From assembly GCA_013416795.1 (NCBI GenBank), contig RQSC01001045.1, forward strand, positions 1-64,000: a DNA stretch of 64,000 nucleotides, written 5' to 3'. Under the pieces are notes generated by a model, which had not been told where the DNA came from, did no database searches, and worked only from the letters and a program-made list of their open reading frames with translations. Below are positions 1-9,722 of this stretch, piece by piece. The stretch's first letter is position 1; the number at the start of each line of letters is the position of its first letter. The position numbers and the translations under genes are program-made. This DNA comes from Prasinococcaceae sp. CCMP 1430 (lineage: Eukaryota > Plantae > Prasinodermophyta).

Positions 1-89
1 CCCGCCTCAGACGGGCGGGCGGGCGGGCGGACGCCGCGCTCTCCCGTAAAATATAATGAATGATGCGTTAGTTCGCACGCCGCGCTCGC

Positions 90-1462
90 TCAGTACCCGA
101 GCGCCTTGCGGTGCGCGTGCACGCAGTCGGTGGAGCAGTACTTGAAGCGCAAGCGCTCGAACGGCACGCCGACGATCGGCTTGCCGCAGGCGTCGCACGC
201 GGGCGCGATGTTGCCGCCGCCGCCTCCGCCGATGCCCATGGCGCGCAGCCTGCGCTCGGCGGCGGCGGCTCGCAGCTCCCTGTCCGAGGCCGCCGCCGCG
301 GCGCGGCCCGACGCCATCTTGCGCGCGACGAGCGCTGCCGCTCCGATGGCCGCGGCGGCGCCCAGCGTGGCGCCCGCGCCCCCTTGGCCCGATGCCTCCG
401 CCTTCTGGCGCTCCCTGCGCTCCTTCTCCTGCGCCGCGCGGCGTTTCTCCTGCTTGGCGGCGATCCTCGCCTTGACGGCGTCCGCCTTGGCCTTGCGCTT
501 GGCCTCGTGTTTCTCCTCCAGCTCGGCGGTGAGCGCCTCGGGCACCTTGGCCGCGTCCCAGTCCCAGCGCTGCGGCTCGGCGGCGCGCGCCTTGCGAAAG
601 GCCGTGACGACGGCGCGCTTGCCGCGCGAGACGGCGAGCGCGCACGCGAAGCGGCCGAGGTGGTCGGCCTCGCCGGGGTCGGCCCCGCGGGCCAGGAGCT
701 GCGCCACGCGCTCCGCCTTGCCCGCCAGTCCAGCGTTGAGACCCTCGGCGAGGTGCGAGCGGCGCCCTCCCGCTGCTGCCGCGCCTGCTCGGCGCGCCGC
801 GATTGCTCGGCCACGCGCTCCCGCTCGAGCTCGCGCTGGCGCAGGCGCTCCTGCCTTTGCCGGTGCTGCCTGTCGGCCTCCGCGCGCCGCACCTCGGCGT
901 CGGTGGCCGCGTCCGCCGCGTCGACGTACTCGACGCTCGCGAGCTGCGTGGCCACGCGCGTGGCCTCGGCGAACGTCGGCCGGCGCGTGGCGAAGGGCAC
1001 GGCGCGCACGCGCGCGTCGGCGCGGCTCACGGCGGCCGACGCGTACACCGACCTGGCCGCCGCGCCGGGCGCGTGCACGAAGATGAGCTCCGCGCGCGCG
1101 AGCTGCTCCGCCCAGCCGTCGAGCAGCTCCGTCGTCTCGCGGTCGAGCATCGCCTCGTTGTAGCGCCGCAGCGACGAGCCGGCCGACTTGGGCGCCTTGC
1201 CCGTCTTGTCCTCGGACGACTGGCGCCCGCCCGCCTTGGCGCGCACCACGTAGCGGTGGATGGTCTTGTGGTCGACGGCGGCCAGCGCGCCGCCGTCGCG
1301 GCGCTCGTACAGCGCGCACGCCACGTGGCCGCCCGCGGCGAGCACCACCGCCCACAGCTTGGCGCGCCCGGAGGCGTCGCGCGTGGCCGCGGCCGATCGC
1401 AGCGCGGCCTCGAGCTCGGCGTCGGTGGGCGACTCGTTGGGGCCGCAGAGCACCGCGCGCCG
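90..1462 (-). CDS. ANKZF1: Vms1/ANKZF1-like peptidyl-tRNA release factor (VLRF1 domain, ankyrin repeat, C-terminal treble-clef Zn finger); 5'-truncated, with an apparent frameshift near 770
   Basis: ORF 68..1657 frame has WAVVLAAGGH..HKTIHRYVVRAKAGGRQS..AGSSLRRYNE..RVRAVPFATRRPTF. ORF 90..1952 frame has the ankyrin-like LLARGADP and CDACGK..FKYCSTDCVHAHR, stop at 90-92. Confidence 0.88.
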
Positions 1463-1466
1463 GTGT

Positions 1467-2727
1467 GGGGAGGTGTGGGGCCTTGCGGCGCACCCGACAC
1501 TGCCGCACGTCTTTGCGACCGCTTCGGATGACAAGACACTGCGGCTGTGGGACGCGAACGCACGCCGGCCCCTCGCTCTGCTGCGCCTCCCGCACCGCGG
1601 TCGCTGCGTGGCCTTCCGGCCCAGTGGCAACGGCGAGCAGCACCTCGCGGTGGGCACCGCCTGCGGTGCAGTGCTCGTGTACGACCTTGCAACACTCTCT
1701 TGCGTGACACGGCTGGCATACGCGACACGCGCGTGTGCATGCGCTGCCTACTCGCCCGACGGGAGGTACCTCGCCGTCGGCGCCGCCGACAGCACTGTCG
1801 TCATCTATGACGCCAGTCGCTCGCGCGGTGACACTGGCGACGCTGGCAAGAGGTGGTCCCTTGCAGGCGTCGATGAGGGCCCGGGGGGCTCCGATGCGTG
1901 CGCGGGGTATCGCCCCGTGGGGAGAGTGCGGGCTGCGGCTGGCGTGACTCACCTGGACTGGTCGAACGACGGCTGTGTGCTTCGCACTAATGACGCCGAC
2001 GGTGAGCTGTGCTACTGGGCGATGCCTGCTGGAGAGGCCAAGCTATCGCCAGAGGCCGCGTGTGACCTCGAATGGGACTCGCACACGTGCCCGCTCGCAT
2101 GGGGCACGCAGGGTGTGTGGCCGAAGGACTCTTCGAGCGTGTCCGATATCAATGCGTGCGCCGCCACGCACGGTGGCGCGTGGTGGGAGGATGAGGTGGT
2201 GCTGGCCACCGCCGACGACGCGTCGCGCGTGTGCCTCTACCGGTATCCCAGCGACGTTGCGCGCGCGCAGGGGCGTGCGTACTCGGGCCACGCCGCTCAC
2301 GTCACGTGTCTGACTTTCGGGGCGGACGACAGGTGGCTGCTGTCAGTCGGTGGTACTGACCGATGCGTCATGCAGTGGCGGCACCTGCAACCCGACGAGG
2401 ACGCCGCCGAAGAGATCGACGAGGAGGCGGCGATCGATCAGCGCGCACGTGTGGCCGCACACGCGGCCAAGCACGCCTCAACGCACGCGCGCGTGGGTGT
2501 GCGCGATGGCACGCCGCAGTATGCGCACGCGCAGCAGGTGCTCGCAGGCGGTGGCTCGCGGCTCGCGCGCGCATTGGCAGCCGGCGCGCGGTCCCCTGCA
2601 GAGCTCCACCTCCGACGCGGCTATCGCTGCCCGCTCACACAGGCGTCGGAGGCGTTCGCGACGGGCGCGCTGGTACCGCCTCCGGACTTCCGCGCGCTCT
2701 CGGACACCCACGCGCGCGCCAGAGAGA
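1467..2727 (+). CDS. EML (echinoderm microtubule-associated protein-like) WD40 protein; fragment lacking its N-terminus and cut by the N at 2728
   Basis: GEVWGLAAHP..FATASDDKTLRLWD, YSPDGRYLAVG, VTHLDWSNDG, WDSHTCPLAWGTQGVWP..SDINA, LYRYP..YSGHAAHVTCLTF..LLSVGGTDRCVMQW. Confidence 0.85.
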
Positions 2728-2728
2728 N

Positions 2729-3855
2729 CAGGCGGCCGCGCGGCGCGTGCCCGAGGACGCCGCCGCGCGCACCAAGAGGACGCGCGTGGCCGTGGCGGAC
2801 GTCGAGGGCGCGGCGCCGCCCGGCAAGCTGAGGCTCTCGCTGGGCAAGACCGGCGTGGAGGTGCGCGCCGACCACCACGCCAAGCTCGAGGCGCTGCACG
2901 CCATCGCCTCGGCCGCCACCGGCCGCGCGGAGCCCTCCGCGGCGGAGCGGGCGGCGGACTGCTTCTCGCTGCTCGCGCGGTACTCGGCGGCGTGCGGCGC
3001 GCAGCTGCGCGGCGGCGGCTTCCACGCGGCGCTGCACGGCGAGTGCTTCGACGCGCTCGCCGCGGACTTCGGCGTGACGATGGAGTGCTTCGCGTCGCCG
3101 CTCAACTGCCGCTGGCCGCGCTTCTGCTCGCAGTTCCCCGACGTGGACCGGCCGTTCGGCTCGGTGGGCTCCTTCTTCGACGAGGAGGGCGGCTTCGCGT
3201 TCGCCGAGGGCTCCTTCGAGGCCAACCCGCCCTTCGACGAGGGCGTGGTGGCGCGCATGGAGCGGCGCATGCGGCGGCTGCTCAGGGGCGCGCAGGAGGG
3301 CGGGCGCGAGCTCTGCTTCGTCGTCATCATCCCCCACTGGCCCGACAAGTCCGCCGGCTGGGCGGCGCTGAGGAACTCGGAGTTCCTGGCGAGGCACGTG
3401 CGGATTCCGCTCAGGGACCACGGGTGCGTCGCGGTCGCGGTCGCCGTCGCTAGCGTTCGCGTGCGACGAAGCGCGCGCGCGGGTGTGTGTGTCGCGTGCG
3501 AGCGATGCGCGGGCCGGCGCGGCGCCCGCTGACTTCCTTTTCCTGGCGCGACGGCCGTCGCTGCTCGCCGCGCGCGACTCCCCGCAGCTACTTCGAGGGC
3601 GCGCAGCACAACAAGCTCAAGTCGCAGTACCGCGTGGCCTCCTTCGACACGTCGGTCTTCTGGCTGCAGAGCAGCAAGGCGCGAGAGCGCTGGCCCGTGA
3701 CCGACGCCAAGGTGGCGCGGCTCAAGGAGGCGTTCAGGCCCAAGCAGAAGGAGGACCCGAGCGGCTCGGGAGGAGCGCTCGCGGAAGGGGGCGCAGAAGG
3801 GGGGAGGCCCGCCAAGCGCGCACGTGCAGCGGCGGCGGGAGCGGCCCCCAGGTAA
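2729..3855 (+). CDS. PCIF1: PCIF1/CAPAM-like mRNA cap m6Am methyltransferase domain, 5' part missing; intron 3424-3587
   Basis: FGVTMECFASPLNC..FCSQFPDVDRPFGSVGSFF..SFEANPPF..FVVIIPHW. The GTGCGT...CGCAG intron joins LRDHG to YFEGAQH; stop at 3853-3855. Confidence 0.85.
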
Positions 3856-3937
3856 TGACATCGTGCGACGCACGTTCTTGTGGTGGTGTTTGTGGGAGCG
3901 AGCGAGGGAGTCGGGGGTCGAGGGGGATCGACTGCGG

Positions 3938-4007
3938 GAGGAGGGGGGGGGGGCGGTCGGCTTCTCTAGGAGACGATGTCGCTCTGGTCGACGGCGCCCG
4001 TCACGAC

Positions 4008-4060
<53 letters not shown>

Positions 4061-4081
4061 CGGTCGGCTTCTCTAGGAGAC
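3938..4081. repeat. Two copies of (G)n-CGGTCGGCTTCTCTAGGAGAC, the second with a ~51-nt G run
   Basis: Direct repeat at about 3941-3974 and 4010-4081. Confidence 0.8.
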
Positions 4082-4222
4082 AGTGTCGACTCGGAGAGGC
4101 GCGGCAGAGGTGGCGGAGGAGGTCTGTGAATAGGGTGTGTGTGTGGGGGGGGAGACAGCTGGGGAAGCGGGGGAAGAAGCCAAAAAAAAAAGAAAGAAAT
4201 GGGGGGCTGAAAAAGAGGCGAG

Positions 4223-4293
4223 TGCGCCGTCCGGGAATCGAACCCGGGGCCCTTGCGTGGGAGGCAAGGATTTTACCACTAAACCAACGGCGC
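4223..4293 (-). tRNA. trnG-CCC: tRNA-Gly (CCC)
   Basis: GCGCCGT/ACGGCGC acceptor stem, A box TGGTTTAGTGG, anticodon arm CTTGC-CTCCCAC-GCAAG, B box GGTTCGATTCC, and a T5 terminator just downstream (4210-4214). Confidence 0.97.
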
Positions 4294-4481
4294 GGGGAAA
4301 TCGCAAAAGGCTCAAACTATTGAGAATATGAACGTAACCTCACATCGGCAGATCAAAATGCATTGGTCCCTGATCAAATTGCATGCCGGCGTTCCAGCGC
4401 AGCGCGGCGCGAGTGCGCGGTGCGCGCGCGGGCGCGCCACACCGCCCCCCCCCTCCCGCCGCCTCGCCTCCTCCCGAAGAG

Positions 4482-5266
4482 ATGGCGGCGGCGGCCGCCA
4501 CCACACCGGCGCGCCCACTCGCGTCGCCATCGCCCCTGACGGCCGCACGCAGCCCCGCCGCCCCCCCCTCCCCCCCTTCACACCACCACCAGCGCCTCCG
4601 CCGCCACGCCTCCGCCGAGAGCGAGGTGGAGGCCGCCATCGCCGCGCTGGTCGCGAGCGGCGGCGAGCCGCGCCCCGCGCGCAGCGCCAAGATCGAGGGC
4701 GAGTGGGTGCTGGCGTACACGAGCAAGAGCTCGTTCAGCGCGGCCGCGCCGCTCGGCCGGCGCACCGACGGCAGCGCCCCGGGCCTGGAGGCGCTCTTCA
4801 AGGCCGCATCGGACCTGCTGGGGGCGCCCGCGCCGGAGGGGCGGGAGGGCGGGGCCGCCGCCGCGGGCGCCGCCAGCAGCAGCCCGCTGCAGCGCGCGAT
4901 CACCGCCATCCCGTTCGTGGACGTCACGCAGCGCATCGAGCTGGGCATCGCCTCGGGCGCGCCGCGCGACGACTGGCGCTGCGACCAGTTCGTGAGGAGC
5001 CGCGACGGGCGCTTCGAGCTGCAGCTGGTGGCGCTGGCGGAGGGCGGCGCGGACGAGCGGGGGTGCCGCGTCGACTTCACCTTCGACAGCGGCACCATCC
5101 GCCTCCGGGACGCGCCCCTGGTGGGCAGCGTGGAGCTGCCGTACCCCGTGCCCTTCAAGCTGCTCGGAGACGAGGCCAAGGGCTGGCTCGACACGCTCTA
5201 CCTGAGCGACCGCGTGCGCATCTCGAAGGGCAACAAGGGCACCACCTTCATCCTCGTCAAGGCCCC

Positions 5267-5298
<32 letters not shown>

Positions 5299-5309
5299 CC
5301 TCGAGCTAG
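4482..5309 (+). CDS. PAP/fibrillin family plastid protein with C-terminal polyQ
   Basis: Ala/Ser/Pro/Arg-rich transit-like N-terminus, IEGEWVLAYTS, VPFKLLGDEAKGWLDTLYLSDRVRISKGNKGTTFIL. Confidence 0.88.
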
Positions 5310-5457
5310 CGTTTCGACGTAAAAAGTCTCCCGTGGGACAAAATGATCCTTTGATGCTACAGTAGGTCCCTAGTTCAAAACGCATCGAGCCGCGCCGCGC
5401 GACCTCAGCCTCGGGAGTCGTGTGCGCCACACAGAGCGCGCGGCGCCCCTCCCCCCC

Positions 5458-7721
5458 ATGCGCGCGCGGCCTCGCGCCGGCGCTCTCGGCGCTCTCGGCG
5501 CTGGTGGCGCTCGCGCTGGCGCTGGCGCTCGCGGCCTCCGCCGCCTCAGACGCCGCAGCGGACGCCCTTTCCGCCTCGGCCGCCGACGACACCTTCGGAG
5601 GAGGAGCAGGAGGAGGAGGAGAAGGGGCCTCCTCCACAGCAGCAGCAGCAGCAACAGCAACAGCAACCACAACAGCAGCAACCACAACAACAACAACAAC
5701 GACGATCGCCCAAGTCACCGACGACCTCAAGGCCGACGAGGAGAGCGTCGAGCTCGGCCTCGCTCAGGACGCGAGCTCGGACCACAAGACGATCACCTCG
5801 CTCATCGACAGCGCGCTCGAGAAGGAGTTCCGCAAGGACGAGCTGCTCGAGGAGCAGGGCAAGGCGGGCGGCACCGCGGGGCGCTCGTTCAACAAGTCGG
5901 TGACGCAGGCGACGGCGGTCCTCGAGACGGTGGCGCGCGTGACGACGGACCGCAAGGAGCAGCGGGAGGCCCCCGAGCGGGAGGAGGGCGCCTCCGACAA
6001 GGGCGGCGGCGGCGGCGGCGCCGCGTCCGGCGCGTCGTCGTCGGCGGGCGCCAACGCCCCCTCGTCCAAATATAAGGCGGCCCCAGGAGGGGGCGCCCCC
6101 GGAACAGCGCCCGCCTCGTGGTCGCTGTACGGCATGATGCAGGCGATCGAGGCGCTCGCGGCAAGCAACGGCCTCACGTCCGCCCCCGACGTCGGCGAGG
6201 ACGTCGCGCGGCTCATCGACTCGCAGGACAACGAGTACGTGCTGTCGTCGCCCAAGCGCGCCATGGAGCTGCAGCAGGACCTGCGCCTCATCGCCGACTT
6301 CGTGACCATCGTCACCGCCGCCGCGGTGGGCGGGCTGCTGTTCGCCATGGCGGGCCAGCCGATGATCACGGGCTACCTCGTGGCGGGCGCGTGCGTCGGG
6401 CCGGGCGGCATGGGCGTCATCAAGGAGCTCGTGCAGGTGGAGACCCTCAGCCAGGTGGGCGTGGTGCTGCTGCTCTTCTGCCTGGGGCTCGAGTTCTCCA
6501 TGGCCAAGCTGCGCGCGGTGCGCGGCGTGGCCGTCGGCGGCGGGCTCCTGCAGGTGGGCATGCTCATGCTCATGATCGGCGCCACGTCGAAGAGCCTGGG
6601 CGCGCCCGTGGCGGAGGGCGTCTTCATCGGCGCGTTCCTCTCGATGTCGAGCACCGCGGTGGTGCTCAAGCTGTGCGCCGAGCGCGACGCCATGGCCACC
6701 GTGTACGGGCAGATCACCATCGGCACGCTCGTCACCCAGGACGTGCTCGTCGGGGTGCTCTTCGCGCTGCTCCCCGTGCTGGGGGGGTCGGGCGACGTGC
6801 AGGGCGGCTTCGCCGCGATGGCGGGCCTCGCGCTCAGGATGGCGCTCTTCCTGGCGGGCGCGCTGCTGCTGTCGCGCAGGGCCGTGGGGCCCTTCCTGCG
6901 CGCGCTGCAGCTGATCTCCGGCCGCTCGGGCGGCGAGGAGCTCTTCCAGATGGTGGTGGTCGCCTTCTGCCTAGTGGTCGCGTGGGCGAGCGACGCGCTC
7001 GGCCTGTCGATTGAGATGGGCGCCTTCGTCGCGGGGACCATGATATCGAGCACCGAGCACGCGCAGCGCACGCTGCACCACGTTGAGCCCATCCGCAACC
7101 TGTTCGCGGCCATGTTCCTCGCGAGCATCGGCATGGTCATCAACCCCTCCTTCCTGTGGCTGCACCTGGACATCCTGTTGGTGCGTGCGGGGCGGCGCAG
7201 CCCCCGGCGGCGGCGGCCGCCGCCTGCGAAGGGACGCCGCGGACAACGCCGCGATGCCGCCGTGCTGACGCGCGCCCCATCTCCCCTCGCCTCCCGTGTG
7301 CAACCCCCTCGTGTGCCTCCCACGCCACCCCCACCCACCCACCCACCCACCAAAAAAACACCAAAAAAAATAGCTGAGCTTGCTGCTGGTGATCGTCGCC
7401 AAGACGGCCATGTTTGGCGTGGTGGTGCGGTCGTTCGGCTACTCCTCGGTGGTGGCGCTGCAGGTGGGCATGTCGATGTCGCAGATCGGCGAGTTCGCCT
7501 TCGTGCTGCTCTCGCGGGCGAGCGCGCTCGGGCTGGTGCACCACCGCCTGTACCTGCTGCTGCTCGGGACCACCGCGCTCTCGCTGGTGACCACGCCGGT
7601 CGTGTTCTACTTGATGCCGCACATGGTGCGCCTCGGCGTGCGCTCGCGCTTCCTGCTGCCGGACGACCCGCAGGCCGGCCAGGCCGCGCGGAGGCACGGC
7701 GCGCCCAAGACCAGGGTGTGA
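5458..7721 (+). CDS. KEA: K+/H+ efflux antiporter, CPA2 family (KEA4/5/6-type); intron 7181-7373; ATG 5458 is out of frame with the body
   Basis: LIDSQDNEYVLS..LQQDLRLIAD, QVETLSQVGVVLLLFCLGLEFS, FLSMSSTAVVLK, IGTLVTQD, GLSIEMGAFVAG, HVEPIRNLFAAMFLASIG, MSQIGEFAFVL. Splicing joins HLDILL to LSLLLVIVAK. Confidence 0.92.
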
Positions 7722-7997
7722 CCGACCGCCAGCCCGGGGCGGCGGCGCGCGTGCGCGCTGGGCCTGCCTGCATCCCTTGTAAACTACTCCGTTGTACATA
7801 CACACCACGCGCGCCGACCGGCCGACCGGCCTCTGCGGGAGGAGGTAGGCGCCTCGCGCCATCGCTCGTTACACATGGCGCGCCCGCCCGCGTTCGGTGG
7901 TGTTCGCTGCTCTCGTGGGAGCCGCGCGCGCGCGCGCGCGCGCTGCGTGCTGCTCGGCGCTGGGGTAAGAAAAGACACCCCCGCCCGTCGAGGGCGC

Positions 7998-8070
7998 GTC
8001 GGCGCTCCGCGGTGCCCGCCGAGGGTGGCGAGGGAGCCGTGAGCCCGCTTTCACCGGCGGAGCGCGTCAT
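7998..8070 (-). promoter_or_regulatory. Candidate SECIS element in the glutaredoxin 3'UTR
   Basis: Minus strand reads ATGAC-GCGCTCCGC-C-GGTG-AAA-(~34 nt)-CACC-GCGGAGCGC-CGAC: a perfect 9+4 bp helix, a UGA/GA core and unpaired AAA. It lies between the stop (8200) and TGTAA (7873-7869). The apical part is longer than canonical. Confidence 0.6.
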
Positions 8071-8199
8071 CGTGCGCTGAGCAGAGCAGCCCGCCGACCC
8101 GTGCAGCGCGCGCATCTCAGCCAGTCTCTCCATTCTCGGCCCTGATGGCCTCCTGACGACTCGGCCCCCCGTCTCGACGCGCCCCATCGTCTTCTCGAG

Positions 8200-8708
8200 C
8201 TAGGCCTTGCGCACGGCCGGCGAGCACCTCTCCAGGTACGTCTCCAGGCTGCCGTCTGCCACGACCGTCATCAGGCCCGGGCCGTCGTTGCAGCCGCCGA
8301 TGAACTCGCCGCCGATGAAGATGGCCGGCACGCTCGTGCGGTTGACGCGCGCCGCGAGCTCGGCGCGCAGCGGGGCGCCGTCGGGATCGGCGTCCGCGCC
8401 CGTGAGCTCAATCGCGGTGTAGTTCAGGCCAAGGCGGTCGAGTTCCGCCTTGGCCTGCACGCAGAAGGGTCACGTGGGGAAGGAGAGCATCAGGATGTCC
8501 GTGGTGTTGATGAGGTCCTCGAGGCGACCGCGCACGCGCTCGACGTCGTAGTCGCCCGCGGCGCTGCGCGCGGCCGCGCGGGCGCTCGAGGAGGCGGAGG
8601 AGGCGGTGGCAGAGCGCGGCGGGGAGGGAGGAGATGACGGAGGAGGCGGACAGGGAGGAGGGGAAGATGGCGAGCGGCGGGTACGTGCGTGCGAGCGCCG
8701 CGGAGCGC
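8200..8708 (-). CDS. GRX: Selenocysteine-containing glutaredoxin (active site TUPFC); 5' exon not located
   Basis: Continuous frame DYDVERVRGRLEDLINTTDILMLSFPT-[TGA 8472-8470]-PFCVQAKAEL..RTSVPAIFIGGEFIGGCND; upstream CTAAC branch point and CGCAG acceptor at 8709. Confidence 0.85.
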
Positions 8709-8763
8709 CTGCGATCGCCGCGTGGGGGTGTTAGCGCGTGTGTATACGCTTGCGTGTGAGCCT

Positions 8764-8764
<1 letters not shown>

Positions 8765-8815
<51 letters not shown>

Positions 8816-8940
8816 GTGTGCGTGTTTGTGTGTGTGTGTGCGCGCGCGCGCGCATGCGCGTGTGTGTGCGCGCACGTGTGTCTGCGCGCGCGCCATTGTG
8901 CTTGCGTCTGCGTGTGCGCGCGTGCGCGCGCGTGTGCTAC
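8765..8940. repeat. (TG)n/(CG)n microsatellite tract
   Basis: Pure TG run about 8765-8810 followed by degenerate TG/CG alternation. Confidence 0.9.
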
Positions 8941-9012
8941 CGATGCATGACAAACGCGCGCGCGGCGTCGCCGTCGCGCACTGACACACGGACTTCGTCT
9001 GCGGCGTGGCAG

Positions 9013-9682
9013 GGGGCGTGTGTGTGGCAGCCGCTGCTGCGCCGCCTGCGGTCGCTGCGCGAGACGCTGGTGAGCCACCGCGACTTCGGCGCGCGCGCCG
9101 CCGCCGCGTGCGAGCTGAGCGTCGACGTGTGCGCGCGCGCCGGCGGCTGGGGGTGGGGGGAGATGCTCAAGGCGATGGCGCACCTGCTGGGAGAGGTCTA
9201 CCCGCGCGGCGGAGGTGCGGCGCGAGCGAGCGCACGAACACACCCACACACGCACACACACACAAACGCACAATCACACACAATCACACACGGCCTCGCG
9301 CGAGGTACACACGTGCACACGCACCTGCGCGTGCGCACGCCCGCGCTGACGCGCGCGCGCCCGCGCGCTGCCCGCAGGCGCGTTCCCGCGCGAGGCGGAG
9401 ATGCACGCGGCGTCGGCGGCGTACTTCGCGTGCGTGGCGGGCGACGCCGCCGAGTTCGGCCGCGCGCTCGCAAGGGCGCAGGCGCACGCGCACACGCACG
9501 CACACGCGTGCACGCACGGCGGCGACGGCATGCGCGCGTGGGCGGCGCGCGTGGGCGCGGCGAGGCGGGCCGCGCGCGCGGAAAGGGACGGCGGCGCGTC
9601 AGCAGCGCCCAGCGGCCCCCACCGGCTCCCTCGGCGATGCGCGCGCGCGAGACGCGGCCGCGCGCGAGCGATGAAGAAATGA
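9013..9682 (+). CDS. Two-exon fragment (intron 9215-9377), possibly SAC3/GANP/PCI-like; 5' exons missing
   Basis: CTGAC plus GCAG acceptor at 9012. Splicing is in phase: LRRLRSLRETLVS..CELSVDV..EMLKAMAHLLGEVYPRGG then AFPREAEMHAASAAYFAC. The family call is weak. Confidence 0.45.
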
Positions 9683-9722
9683 GCGCGCAAGCGCTCAGGA
9701 GAGCACTCGTACTCCGACGCAC

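Noticed and set aside
4320-4400. TPP-riboswitch-like fragment (CCTGATC...ATGCCGGCGT)
   Set aside because: No P5 pairing, no properly spaced CUGAGA, and no AGGGA ending.
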